This document shows, piece after piece, positions 1 through 13,621 of a stretch of DNA of 64,000 bases. This DNA comes from Girardia tigrina (lineage: Eukaryota): positions 1 to 64,000 of the forward strand of contig MQRK01255124.1 of NCBI GenBank assembly GCA_001938485.1, given 5' to 3'. The notes under the pieces are model-generated. The model did not search any database. It was not told where the DNA came from and saw only the letters and a list, made by a program, of their open reading frames with translations. The stretch's first letter is position 1, and each line of letters begins with the position of its first letter. The translations under genes and the position numbers were made by a program.

Positions 1-23
1 TATATATATATATATATATATAT

Positions 24-55
24 ACAGGGTGTCCCAAAAATATGTATACACATTA
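24..55 (+). repeat. Tc1/mariner-type terminal repeat next to (TA)n
   Basis: ta-CAGGGTGTCCCAAAAA; partner end not seen. Confidence 0.45.
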
Positions 56-1210
56 AAAATTTAATTTTATTGAATTTTATTTATGTTTAACTTTCATTAT
101 ATTTAATATAAATAGTTTTATATATATATATTCGTAACACTACATTCCAATTTCACTTACTTTTATTCAAAAAATTAAACGTGTGAGTTACCAAACGCTC
201 ATCGATAACCAATGACAATAAATCACGTGTGAATGAAATCATTTGACATTATTTTTGGAGGGTAACTTTGAAATTTTTTATTTTTGATTGTGGCGAGTTT
301 ATTTAATTCAAAATAAAAAACCTTACATTTAAAATTTAAAGAAAGCAGATTTAAATAATCACAAAAATTCAATGATACCATCAGATATAAAATTTCAAAT
401 TACGAAACTTTTGGAGGTTGTTAAATGAACAATTATTAATAAAAATAAAAAAATTTCATTTGTTTGACCTTTATGTTCTCTTCCAACAACTTTATCGTTA
501 TTATTTTCAACGTCAATTTAAAAGACGTACACGTATCATCAAACACGTTAGATATATGACAACGTATAAGTTATCTCTTTAGGAGAATTCCTATATTCAA
601 TCTATTTTAGAGATAAACAGCAAGACAAACCATTACCATGCCTTATAAACATTACTTTATCTACTTTTGAACTTAATGTTTTGAACTTAATGATGTTATT
701 TGAAATTTTTTTCAGTACTTAGACGTTATTTAAAATTATTTATTGTAAATTAATTATAATTATTTCAAATTTGAAAAAGATTTTATTAAAAAAATTTTGT
801 ATAGACTTTTTCTAAACCCTTTGTTGATGTACAACAGTAAAAAGTCTTGTCAAAATTATCTTTAGTTTTTATGAATCGAATTCTTTAGTGGCGAAACTCG
901 AATATTCTAAGAAAATATTTATCGAATTATTTGATTAAAAAATATTTTAATTTTAAATAAATAATAATTCGTAATAACGATATCGTTTTACTTCATTCAT
1001 ATTTTTTTTGGTTTTCAAAAACTAAAAATGCTAGTAAAAGTAGTATTAACAACAAATATTCTGTCATTTTAATATTTAAGAAGTAAAGAAAATTTTTACT
1101 TATTTTTTAAGTAATTAAATGCATAATTATTAAAAATTAAAATACAAAATACTATAAGAAAATTATTTTTAAAAATATTATTTTGTTTAAGAAAACATAA
1201 AAAACAATCA

Positions 1211-1279
1211 ATTCTCTCTTTAAATTTTAAGTAAGTTTCAATCGTGACTTTTGGAATAAGATTAAATTTATTTTTCAAG
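1211..1279 (+). promoter_or_regulatory. Putative TCT/5'TOP-like start and 49-nt 5'UTR intron of eEF1A
   Basis: Pyrimidine tract attctctcttt at 1211-1221; GTAAGT at 1231 and tttttcaAG ending at 1279, 2 nt before the ATG. The size matches the DUR3 short introns. Confidence 0.55.
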
Positions 1280-1281
1280 AA

Positions 1282-2673
1282 ATGGTCTCTGAGAAACTCC
1301 ACATCAACATCGTCGTCATCGGACACGTCGACAGTGGTAAATCGACTTCCACAGGACACATGATCTACAAATGCGGTGGTATTGATAAGAGAACTATTGA
1401 AAAGTTCGAGAAGGAAGCTCAAGATATGGGAAAAGGTTCCTTCAAATACGCTTGGGTTTTGGACAAACTGAAGGCCGAACGTGAACGTGGTATCACCATC
1501 GATATTGCTTTGTGGAAATTCGAAACCACCAACTACTACGTCACCGTCATTGATGCTCCAGGNCATCGTGACTTCATCAAGAACATGATCACTGGTACTT
1601 CCCAAGCTGATTGTGCCGTCTTGATTGTTGCTGCTGGTGTTGGTGAATTCGAAGCTGGTATCAGCAAGAACGGTCAGACTAGAGAACACGCTCTTTTGGC
1701 CTATACATTGGGTGTCAAGCAAATGATTGTCGGTATCAACAAGATTGATTCATCTGAACCACCATACAGTGAGAATAGATACAACGAAATCAAAAAGGAA
1801 GTATCTGGTTACATCAAGAAGGTTGGATACAATCCAGATAGTGTTGCATTTGTGCCGATTTCTGGATGGGTCGGAGACAACATGGTTACCCCCAGTACGA
1901 ACATGCCTTGGTTCAAGGGATGGAACATCAAGAGAAAGAATGGAGCGACCAAGAAAGATGAAGAGAAGACTGGAACTACTCTCTTGGAAGCCATTGATGC
2001 TATTGACCCACCAGCTCGACCAACGGAGAAGCCATTGAGATTGCCCCTCCAAGATGTTTACAAAATCGGTGGTATCGGAACAGTTCCAGTTGGACGAGTC
2101 GAAACTGGTGTTCTTAAACCCGGCATGGTTGTTTCATTTGCACCTCACGGTCTGACAACTGAAGTCAAATCTGTTGAAATGCATCACGAGTCAATTGCTG
2201 AAGCGTGCCCAGGAGACAACGTTGGATTCAACGTTAAGAACGTTTCAGTGAAAGATATCAAGAGAGGAAATGTGTGCAGTGACAGCAAGAACTCTCCTGC
2301 TTTGGGAGCCGTTGACTTCGAAGCTCAGGTTATTGTCATGAATCACCCAGGTCAAATTCATGAAGGTTATACCCCGGTTCTTGATTGCCACACGGCTCAC
2401 ATTGCTTGCAAATTCTCTGAATTCCTGAAGAAAATTGATCGTCGTACTGGTAAAGAAGTTGAAGATGCTCCAAAACAATTGAAATCTGGAGATTCTGCTA
2501 TTGTCAAAATGGTTCCTTCAAAGCCAATGTGTGTCGAAACTTTCATGGAATTCCCACCTTTGGGACGATTTGCCGTTCGTGATATGAAACAAACTGTTGC
2601 TGTGGGTGTCATTAAAGCTGTGAACAAGAAACAACCAGAAGCAGCTAAAGGAAAAGCTGCCAAGAAGAAGTAA
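1282..2673 (+). CDS. EEF1A: Translation elongation factor 1-alpha (463 aa, uninterrupted CDS)
   Basis: GHVDSGKST, DAPxHRDF and NKID GTPase motifs; [10 protein letters not shown]; C-terminal [11 protein letters not shown]; opisthokont-type insertion after MPWFKGW. One ambiguous base at 1563. Confidence 0.99.
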   Translation: MVSEKLHINIVVIGHVDSGKSTSTGHMIYKCGGIDKRTIEKFEKEAQDMGKGSFKYAWVLDKLKAERERGITIDIALWKFETTNYYVTVIDAPXHRDFIKNMITGTSQADCAVLIVAAGVGEFEAGISKNGQTREHALLAYTLGVKQMIVGINKIDSSEPPYSENRYNEIKKEVSGYIKKVGYNPDSVAFVPISGWVGDNMVTPSTNMPWFKGWNIKRKNGATKKDEEKTGTTLLEAIDAIDPPARPTEKPLRLPLQDVYKIGGIGTVPVGRVETGVLKPGMVVSFAPHGLTTEVKSVEMHHESIAEACPGDNVGFNVKNVSVKDIKRGNVCSDSKNSPALGAVDFEAQVIVMNHPGQIHEGYTPVLDCHTAHIACKFSEFLKKIDRRTGKEVEDAPKQLKSGDSAIVKMVPSKPMCVETFMEFPPLGRFAVRDMKQTVAVGVIKAVNKKQPEAAKGKAAKKK

Positions 2674-3724
2674 ATGTGTTTTGAATAAATATTAGGATTC
2701 TGTTACTTTTTATGTGTTAATTTAAAGTGTGTTAATTTTAATCGGCAAATATTTAATGAAAGTTTTTCTCAATAATCGAATATCAGCGTTCTTTTAAAAG
2801 TTTTTTATTTAGAATAAGTTGTAAATTAACTATAATAATGTTGCCCTATTCAATTTGATATTTGAAATTTGATATCTTTAAAGAGACTTCTGGTCACGGA
2901 TATTGGTCACTGTACTATTTGTGGATTTGCATCGGTAGAGTTTAATGGTTTTGTTGAATAGGTGTAATGAATTTTTTAATTTTAAATAATTAAAACTAAA
3001 GTATTTTTTCTAAGTTCTAAACCATCAGCACCTTGTTGAAAATACTTTTAAAGAATTAAAGTTTTGTTTTGAATCCTACTAATATCAATCATTGTGTTAC
3101 TTCGAATAGATTTTTGTTTATCTTTTAATTTAATCGTTAAATAATCTTGGAACAAATATGGCTAATTCTAGAAGTAAGCAAGGTTACATCGAAACATCCG
3201 TCTACGTTTCGTCTTAACCATCCATGGGATTTGGCTGAGTAATTCATTTAACAAAAAGCTTTTCTTATCAACAGTGGTTTGAAATTTTGTTATTCTCGAC
3301 CATTTAGAGCAATATTATCTTTGCAAATTTGGAAAACTTTAGATGAATAAGTATTAGGATTCTTGCTATTTTTTCATTAGTTTTGTTTATCTCCATTAAA
3401 TATTTAATCATATTTAAGTGAATTTATCTTTAAATCATTTCGTCATTGTCACGCAATCAAATTAGTTACACAACCGATTATTCAATACTTATTTTTGATA
3501 AGATAAACGGTTCAAATGATTTTTTTTTGTTTTTAATATCACTATAGGCTATTTCAAAGTGTACATAACAAAATCAAGCACTTCCAGTGAAATTTTAATT
3601 TTATTTTACAGTTTTAAAACTAGTTAAAATTAGTTTAAGGTAATAGGAATAAAAAATAATCATTTATGCGTGTTTGAGAAGGTTTATTGTTTTATATGTT
3701 TATTCGGATTGTGTCTCTCGGTCT

Positions 3725-5150
3725 TATGTAAAATCCCCATGCGAAAACTACTCAAAACGAACTCCTAATTTACAAATTGCCTATGACTAGAACTCCTTTC
3801 CAACTAAATTTATAAAATATTTTCTTTTATTATGAAGAAATTGAAAAAAGTGATAACAATATAAAAATTTAATATTGCCTTATAATAATAACATAAAAAA
3901 TAACATTAAATTAAATTAAATGCCACAGCATTCACCATGGTGAGATTATGACGAACCAAATCTTTCTGTAGTTGCTATAAATTTTCATCAATTAGTCTCC
4001 AAATGCATTTCCGTTCAAAGTGTCAATGATGAGAGTGTTGTGCAGTTCACATTAATTCACATATTTTGCTAAGTTCTTCATCGACGTGTAAGCCGAGTGA
4101 TCAAAATGGTATATTAATACAGATGCCGAAGCGATCCATACTCTTTTTTGATCAACCTGAATACATCAAGGATCATTACCAATTTAAAATTGACATTTAA
4201 AATTTAATAAACGATTTCCAATGAAATAAGGAAATCAAAGAATTGTGGAATCCTTCATAGCAGTTTTTCGTTTAGAGCATTATCGTAGTTATGCCACATT
4301 TAATTAGAAATTGGGGATTTCTTCCTGTTGCACCTTCAATATATGTGGAAAAATGTTTGTCAAATCTTCGTTGAAATTTTCTTCATTGGGAAAAGTAGCT
4401 GCAAGTAAATCAAAAACTTGACATACATCATTCGGTGGAGCGAAATCAATGTTGCTATAAATTTTCATTTCGGTTAATGTCACTTTCAAATCCATGTTTT
4501 AAGCCAACATTGCCTATTTTCCTAAGTATTTACATCACTCTGTGAAAGATGAAAATAGCATCCCTTTATTTCAGCAAATGGAAAGGCATTGTTAGCCGAA
4601 TTCATACAAGCCTTTTCAAAATGCATTATAATTTGGAATTTAAAATTTTAAGATGTCAAATATTTGTGAATGTATCCCAGAGTTTTTCTTTTGCATAGAA
4701 AGTAAACATAGAGTAGCTAAGAATTGCCTACTATATCGTGTCATGTATATACTTGACAAAATATATTTGGTACTTTATCAAACGTGCCATCACCGTAAAT
4801 TTCTTACGTTTCTTATTAAATGAATAATTCTTTACTACGTACAAACAAAATTCTGTCTGGATCATCTCTCCAAGTATTATGAAGAATTATTTGGCTAAAC
4901 TTCTTCTGAATGGCAAAATGTTGGATTTGGTAAATGATTATCCTGTTTATAATGCAGTAAAGTTCTTGTCAAAGTTGTTTGCTTAGACAGGTAAGCAATA
5001 AGTTGAGACAATGACTAGCCAAAAATCTTTTGGTAAATTAATCTATTTCAGTTAATCCCTATTAACAACATCAATATGAGTTTTGCAACATTTATTATTA
5101 TCACAAGGGCATTCACTATTTGACATGTCTCTTAATCAATTTATTTCTGA
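3725..5150 (-). mobile_element. Decayed MULE (Mutator-like) transposase relic
   Basis: Minus-strand fragments AFPFAEIKGCYFHLSQS, FAPPNDVCQVFDLL and LWHNYDNALN with stops. Boundaries approximate. Confidence 0.65.
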
Positions 5151-5553
5151 GTTCAAACTAATTATTTTCAATAAATGAAAATCTGTTAATAAAAATTATT
5201 AATTATAAAGAATTTAATTGGTTGAAATTAAATCTAAACATTTTTTAAAAAAAAGAAATATTTATTATGTAAAATTCAAAAACTCAACAATAAAAAAAGC
5301 TGATAAACAATTTATGATATTTACTTTTATGTATATTAATTTTGAGAATCAAAAACTGTCATTAATTTTGTAATTGTAATTTGGGAAATTGTTAATTATC
5401 TTTATGGTTTTAATAAAGATCTAAATGCGCACATTTTAAATTCTACTTAAATAATATTTGTGTTTTCTCTCTATTGATTATTAATTATTGGTGAGTTTTT
5501 AACATGATCGTAATATTTATATAATTTAATTTGAACAAATTAATAGGTGTATA

Positions 5554-6420
5554 ATGAAAAGAAGAATTATTGATGAAAAGTGCGTCTACCAGAGTCATTG
5601 GGAATCTGAGTACTTAATTATAAATAATGATAATAAAATTCAATGCATTGTGTGTATGCAAGTTTTGTCAGTCCCGAAAGAGTTTAATGTGAAACGAAAT
5701 TATACTACATTACATAGTAAAACTTTCGATATATATATACTGGCGAATCAAGAAATGCAATAGTTGCACCATATAAAAAATTGTGACACCAGACAAGTTT
5801 TTTTTCAAAAATAAATTCTGATAACCTTGCTGCTTCCCATAAAGTTTCACTTGAATTGGTTAAAGCAAAAACTGCCATTTAGTGATGGAATGTTCGTCAA
5901 AAAATGTGCAATTGAGATGGCCAAACAATTTAAAGAACTAAAATTAGCTCAAAAATTTGAAACAGTGCCACTGCCTTATCAGACAGTCGCAAGGCGAATT
6001 AAAGATATGGATGAGCATGTTTCAAAAAAGCTATGTGATATAGTGAAAAAGTGGGGATATTTTTCGTTATGTATTGATGAGAGCACCGATACAGCAGATG
6101 TCAGTCAACTTCTTATTTTTAGTCGATATATTCAGGATGATTTCACTTTTCATGAAGAACTCCTTAATGTTGTACCTTTACATGGCACAACTAAAGGAAG
6201 TGACATTTTCGACGCGGTTTACAGTTCTGTTACTAGCTACGATGAATTTGATAAGTGTTCCCGTATCATTACCGATGGAGCAAAGGTTATGACGGGGTCA
6301 GAAAGTGACTTTTGTGGACTTTAAAAACAAAATAACATTATTTGTCCCACCATACATTACATTAAACATCAGGCTCTTTGCGGTAAATTTTTGAGGCAAC
6401 TTAATGTCGTGAAAACATAA
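5554..6420 (+). mobile_element. hAT transposase 5' fragment (SPIN/GTF2IRD2-like), frameshifted
   Basis: BED-like CIVC...KEFNVKRNYTTLH; FSLCIDESTD; GTTKGSDIF; TDGAKVMTG. Confidence 0.85.
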
Positions 6421-7317
6421 AAATAGTTATATCATGAATTTTAAAAATTTTAAAACTAATTTAAACTAAAATTAACTAAATTTAAATGTGATCTAATTAA
6501 AATCTAACTAAAATTTAACTAAAAATTTTAGTTAAATTTTTAACTAACATTTTTTTAATTAAAATTAAACAGCTTTTAGTTAGATTTTAGACTAAAATAA
6601 TTGTTTCTTCTGAGACTATGGGAGATCGACATAGTACAATTAAAATGATAAATTATTCAAGCTTACAAGGAGGGGGGCAACTGCCCTCTTTGCCCCCACC
6701 TTGGGGACGCCCATGAATATTCCTCATAAAGGAGTTGATAAAAAATGAGTAGTTTTTTGAAATTGCATATTTACGACAATGTAATGTGATTATGATTTAA
6801 TCCAATTCATGAAGGAAATAGTGAGCACAACATTTATTGTGAATTATGGGTGAAATAATCAGTTATCTTTGTTTGATGAACAGAACACATTCTCACTTTT
6901 ACACATCTCTGTTCGATCTAATCAATTTTTAAGGAATCCGGTATTCCATTTTCAACGCAAAATTTACGATTTTTGTGAAATGCAATCAAATATTGATGTG
7001 ACGGATATTGATAAATGCATTAGTTTCAGATAAAACATTTAAATATTGATAAATCATATGAGTAAGAGAGACACAATCCCAAGTCAACGCAACATTCAAA
7101 TAACTCGCAAAACATCATCATTCAAAATATTCTTCACACAAATAGCGAATAAAATTGAGCTTTAATATTATTTTAAAAAATTTTGTTACTAATTATGTTA
7201 TAAAATTATATAAATTATTAAAAAAACAAATAATAACGAAATAAAATAAATTAAAACAGAAATAAAGTTGTTGAAGATGATCAAAGATTGTTATCGAAAC
7301 ATGTCTAACGTTATGTT

Positions 7318-8374
7318 TACGTGTTCTACAGGCACGGAAACAAAATTTCGCACATTTCATCATTTTTCCAAATGAATCCTGTTGAGTACCGCAGTGTGAT
7401 TAAATTTCTTGTGCTACAAAGGGCAGACAGCCAGGAAATTATCACGCAGTTAACTGATGTTTATGGGATACATTTTCCCTCTAAAACGACTGTTTATGAT
7501 TGGATTGCCCAGTTTAAAAGTGGAAGAACAACTGCTTTAGATGAAGAGAGACGAGGACGACCAGGACGATGAAATCATCGAAACAGAGAGAAAAATCACT
7601 GCAAAGGCGCTTGGAGCTAGCATGAACATCAGTGAAGGGAAAGCACATGAGATATTGAAATCCCTTGGAATAAGGAAGCTGGCATCTCGTTTTGTACCAC
7701 GATTTCTGTGGGGAGAGATGTGCGAGGAACGTTTGCAGTGTTCTCAACAAAACCTGAATTTGTGGCATGCACATGAATAACTATATCTATCAAACATTGT
7801 CACTGTAGATGAGCAACCTCTATGTACCCGAGAGCAAAAGAGAATCTTCAGAATGGCGCCTTCAAAATGAAAAACCAGCACTAAAATTGAGGCCCAGGAC
7901 AATCCATCGGCGATGTCTTATGCTGACTGTATTTTTGGACGGTGATGGTGTCATGAAACTGGATTTTGCAGAAAAAACAGTGAAACTGAATAGCGCCTAC
8001 TATATCTCATTTGTTGCTGAGACTAGATCATTGCGTAGGAAACCTAGAGACTCACCACTGTGGTTGTTGCAAGACTATACACCAATTCGCAAAAGTGCCC
8101 TTTCCATAGCGGCTATTGATGATGCAGGTCTCAACCTCGTCCATCATCCTCAATACAGTCCTGACCTAACGCCAAGTGATTTTTGGGTATTCCGACGCCT
8201 GAAGAAGGCGATTCGTGGCAAAAACTTTAAATTCCATGAAGAAGTGAGAGGTGCAATTATGAATTTCTTTGCGGAATGTGACTCAAATTTCTTCAAAGAT
8301 GCCTTTTCGGAATAAGTGGTACGCTGGAAGAAGTGCGTAGCCAATAATGGTTCTTACATTGAGAAGTAAACGTT

Positions 8375-8380
<6 letters not shown>
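7318..8380 (+). mobile_element. Decayed mariner (DD34D-type) transposon
   Basis: YRSVIKFL, RFVPRFL, LMLTVF, HPQYSPDLTPSDF over several frames with stops. Confidence 0.85.
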
Positions 8381-8414
<34 letters not shown>

Positions 8415-8418
<4 letters not shown>

Positions 8419-9680
8419 GTTGATGCAAAAGAAATGTCGTTTTTAATGTATTTAATATTCATTGTTTGAAATATTTAGAAAATCATTAATAAATATATTC
8501 ATATTTAAATTTACTTTAAAGCTTAAACTTTACTCTATATTTTGACACCAAATATGACATTAATGTTGTTAATTTAATGTGTATTTATTTTATTTTAGAA
8601 ATGTTTGAAAAGAAGGAAATGAGAACAATTTTATTCTACGATTTTAAACTGGGTCGAAAATCGACAGAAACGACTCGGAATATTAAAAATGTATTTGAAC
8701 AACATACCACTAATTTATGAACAGTACAACGTTGGTTTTCTAAGTTTCGTAGTGGCAACGAGAGCCTTGAAGAGGAAGAACACGAAGTCGACAATCACAA
8801 GTTGACGACGACCATTTGAAGAAGTTAATCAATGTCGACCCGCATATAAAATCACCGGAAGTCGATTAAGAACTGAACGTTCACCAATCAACAGTTTTCC
8901 GCCGCCTGAAGAAAATCGGGAAAGTAAAAAAGCTGGACAAGTGGGTGCCGCACGAATTGAACGAAAATCAGAAAATCGTCGTTTTAACGTGTGTTCTTCT
9001 CTGCTTTTGCGTAATCAAAGCGACCCGTTTCTAGATAGCGTTGTAACGTGCGATAAAAATGGATCCTATACGACAACCGGCGACGTTCATCTCAGTGGGT
9101 GGATTTCAATGAGTCTCCAAAGCCTTTCCCGTAGCTAAAATTACACCAAAAAAGTCATGGTAACTGTTTGGGAGCCCGCACACGGTTTAATCCATTACAG
9201 CTTCCTAAAACAAGGCGAAACAATTAAAGCGGAAAAGTATTGTCAGCAAATTGACAAAATGCACCATGAACTACAAAAAAAGGCCAGCATTACTCAATAG
9301 AAAGAATCCAATTCTTCTGCATGACAACGCTCGTCCACATGTTACAAGAAAGACCATGAACTGTGATATGAAACTTTGCCTCATCCACCGTACTCACCAG
9401 ACCTTTCTCCTACAGATTATCACCCTTTCAAACATTTCAGCCAGTTCATTCGTGAAATATGCTTTAGAAACCAATGAAATGCTGAAAGAGCCTTGGACGA
9501 TCTCATCGCCTCCAGAACTCCAGAATTTTATGAAACTGGAATATAAAAACTTGTTACCCGTTGGCAACAGTGTGTTCAATGTAGTAGTTTTTATTTTGAC
9601 TAATGAAGTTAATTCTAAAGAAAGTTATGTTCATTTAAAGTTGACAGTTAAAAAACGAAATTTCTTTTGCATTAACCTAA
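8415..9680 (+). mobile_element. Full-length decayed mariner with TIRs
   Basis: TIRs ttaggttgatgcaaaagaaat / atttcttttgcattaacctaa; WVPHEL, VTCDK, HDNARPH, HPPYSPDLSPTDY. Confidence 0.92.
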
Positions 9681-11219
9681 ATATAATAAATTATTGTTGT
9701 ACTGACTTAGTTTATAAATATTTATTTAAAATTTTCATGTATAATTATAAAAAGTATCCAGAGAAAGATTTTTTACACAACATTATCGAACTATTAGAGT
9801 TTTTGTTAGACGAGATTAGGAAAGCTTTTCTTAAAATCTGAATCAAAATGAAAAAAACAATTTTTTTTAAAAATGAAAATTTATTTTATAAATATGAATA
9901 TAAATACAGTAGAATCTTTATATATACTTCTAATAATTTTAAAAATTAATTTATGATTTGATTTGAGTAAAAATATTAAGGTTTTTTACTAAAAAATGTA
10001 AAGCACAAACTAAAAACTATCAACATTTTCTTTTGTATTTATTTAAGGTTATTTCAAGGAATGTTTGGAATGGTTATTTGTTTGTTTGAAAGTTGTTCGA
10101 AATTTAAATTTCATATTACTATTTATTTTAGAAATTATTATTTATATTTCGAATATATCTCTCATCATCGCTCAAATTCAAATATGAAAAGAGAAAATAA
10201 GAAAGAAAACTTGAGAAAATTTGAATGACAATCTCTGAAAACATTTATCGCCTTGATTTGTTAACTTTTTATATACAATAGATATGATGATGTAACAATA
10301 ATTAAATAAGAAACATAATTAAAATTGATTAAATAAAAAAATTAAATAATTATTCGAATTTAAAATAAAACTGAGTTTTAATCAGTTGTTAACTAAATTA
10401 TTTAAATGAGCCATGTGACTCGAAAATTAATCGATCGGCTATAATGTGTGCCAAATCGAAGGAGAGAAAGAGCAGTTAGTGGTTTGTGTTCGAAAAGAAA
10501 AGGAAATACTTGCATTGATTAACTGGCGATCAGAGAGAGTATTTTGAATTGACACATATTTTCAAAATCATTTTTTTCTCAATTCAATGTTTTGAATGTC
10601 CTCGATTTATGAAAATGAAATTTCATGATATTTTTCGGCTATTCATAATCTCAATATTTTGAATGTTTTGCTTTTGAGATGAACCTTTTTACTTTGATGA
10701 TTTTAAAAAGAGACTCGTTTCATAAAAAAATATGAATTTTTGGTCGGCTCTAGTGGTTAAATTTGAAAAATTGTATTATACTTTTGAGAGAATTGTGTGA
10801 TTCGATTTGTTATTTTTTGTACTTTTGTATTGATTTGTCTGTACTGAAAATATAGATTTATTTTTTAACACTCGATTTATATTTTTCCCAAATAATTAAT
10901 ATGAAGAAATTTCACCATTCACTGACAATAATAACGACAATTTGAATTGTGTAATTTAAAATTTCAATCGATGATTGGAATTTTAAAATATAAATGAAGC
11001 CAGCACAATGAGTCCTGGCTCCCATATGATCCACTGCACGCTTCTGCTATCAACATCCCGTTCTCGGGGCAACTCGGGAATCTGGCGGAGCAAATGTTGT
11101 TTATTGATTTTGGATCGTGTCTCTCCCATACAGATGGCTGATTCAAACCTCAATCGTCAAAAGTATGTTGAAAAAATGAGTGTTATAAATAATACATACA
11201 ACATCGAAAATTTCGAAAA

Positions 11220-11683
11220 GGAAGCAATGATGTAGTATGAAATGTGTTCTACATCAGAAAACCTAGAATTATGTAATTTAGAATTTCTGGATTTCTTATC
11301 GAAAACTAGTTTGTTTCCAGCAATCCGTCATGGATTTTTGATTTTATTAACGTTAACTACAACCACGTTTACGGTAGATATGCCTTTAAAACATTACGAA
11401 GAGTTACAACTTGATTGATATCTACTATGTGTGATCACTGTTTATCTGGCCTTTGTATGTTAACTGTATACTGGGAAAAAATTTAGAACAAGACAAAATT
11501 CATGGATAGTGTAATTAACGAGTTTGCCACTGACCGAGGAAGCCTTCAATTTTTATTCAAGCATGATTCATGTAAACAAAATAAAATTCGAATTCAAGTG
11601 TTTTTTAGTTTTGTTATAGATAACATACTTATTTCTGTGTTATAATATTGCCGCCGCTACAAAAATCTCTGCCGGCGCCTATG
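11220..11683 (+). mobile_element. hAT 3' end relic
   Basis: Dimerisation-domain-like remnants; GC-rich terminus gccggcgcctatg. Confidence 0.45.
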
Positions 11684-13431
11684 CCTGAAGGTATGAACCG
11701 ATTTAGAATGAGCGGCAGTTCTCTCAATCATTATTAATAAGACACTATTCAATTAATAAACTTTCAACATGAACAAAGTAAAACCGTTTCAAATCTCAAA
11801 TTTTTGATTAAATTAAAAAAAATATTTTACCATTATTATCCAATAATATCTAAATGATTAACCTATTTATATTTTTAAGTAGAAATGAATATTCTTATCA
11901 ATAATTTCAAACATCTTTTAGTCAATTTTACTTAGTGAAAATACGGATAAGATTCTAAAGAAAAAATTTCAAATAACAATTATCTAACTAAAATGCATTT
12001 ATAATTTTTTAGTCGGTTCAATATACAATGAAATGCCTAAATCTTTTGGAATACAGAACAATGAAAACGTATTTTAGGACTAAAAATTAATATTCGATAA
12101 TTTATTAAAAGTCTAAAAAGGTAACATTAGGAGCTGTTCATAAATGATTTCATGCTATTTTAGCAGATTTCCAACCACCCAACCCCAAATTTCGTCACAA
12201 AAAGTCTGAACTCCCATTTAAATATGACATCACAAAGCTTTGACCCCCCTTACATTTTCCTTGTGTTATCTTAAATTGCTAAAAATATAAGTTTTTATAA
12301 TTTTTTTTCACAAAAATGTTAGCTATTACACATATATGTAGACTATACATTGTATAGCTTTCATTTTTTAAAAAGATTTTATGTTTTTTTCATCAGTAAA
12401 CTTAATGATAAAACCTAATAAACAGACTAATAATTTTGGGGATAAAAGCACGTGCATCATTCAGTGTGGTCGTCGAGTCACTATTTTATCAACTCGAGTT
12501 GAGTCACCCTAAATATTTTACAAATCGAGTCGCTAAAATTTTTACGATTCATGAGTTTAGTCACTTTACATATTTTACGTGTAAAGGGTAAAGTCAAGCC
12601 ACTTTCATATTTTACATTTTACGAGCCAAGACAAAAAATGTTTTACGAGTACTAAGTCAAATCATAAAATATTTTATGAAGATAAATATAACTATGTAGT
12701 TCATTATAATTATTAGTAATAGTAATTTTCAAAATTTTTACAACCAATTTTTACATAGAATAATTTTAATGTAATTCATATCTGAAGTTTTAAGAATATA
12801 AAATACTCATTATAATATCACAACTTTAGTTATAATAATTAGTAGTTACTGCAATATATTTATTTGTTCAATCTAAATCTCATTAAACATCTCACAGGTG
12901 AATTCAGAATAATATATTCAATAGATTATATATTATTCTTGGTATCGCGACAAAACACCGCGAACAAATTGCCGTGTGCCAAAAAATATAAATGTGCTAT
13001 AAATATTGTTAATTTTAAGATTCAGAGTGACAATTTTAATAGTTATTTGGCGACAAAATCCTGTGAAGCATTGTTAATGAAGTCACGTTTCCCTAAAATC
13101 AATGTTCAATCGGCTGTCTCAACCAGTTTATTGAGAATTTTTTATTGCGTGCAATTGATTACACAATCATTATTTCTGCATTTATATACAGGTGCATTAA
13201 ATTATTAATCAGGGACCTGAATATGACGGTTGATTTGTCAAAATATGTCGGCTTTGAATATATTTTTTAATGGATAAGTTTTGATTTTAATAAAAAAAAA
13301 TTCATCCGGATTGATGTTTATCAATAATTTTTATTTAAGATTTATTATGACGATTTTGTTCCAAAGCTTAAATTTTTGAAAAGCCACGTAGAATGCTTAA
13401 ATTTAAAAATGCTAAAAATATTAATACTAAC

Positions 13432-13621
13432 CCAAGCTGAGAATCCAAGATTGGTCAAAATACCAACTCCAATCATACTACAGGGCCAAATAACTATTAA
13501 GATAAAAGTTATAGAAAGTGAAACAATAATTGCTAAAATCCGCTCCATTTTGAACCCTTTATGCACTTCCTCCAAACTTGGCCGTTTGTCCAAACAATGA
13601 GCACCTGAGAGTTTCAATTCC
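13432..13621 (-). CDS. DUR3: DUR3-like late exon
   Basis: ELKL...RPSLEEV...[14 protein letters not shown]...FSAW; phase matches the exon ending at 26840. Confidence 0.8.

Noticed and set aside
1096-1722. 208-aa minus-strand ORF (and 1750-2052, 2245-2478, 2397-2663)
   Set aside because: Antisense shadows of the codon-biased eEF1A CDS.
13345-13431. DUR3 C-terminus by read-through of the last recovered exon
   Set aside because: A good donor (GTTAGT) follows FSAW and the continuation lacks the expected final transmembrane helix. The true last exon was not found.
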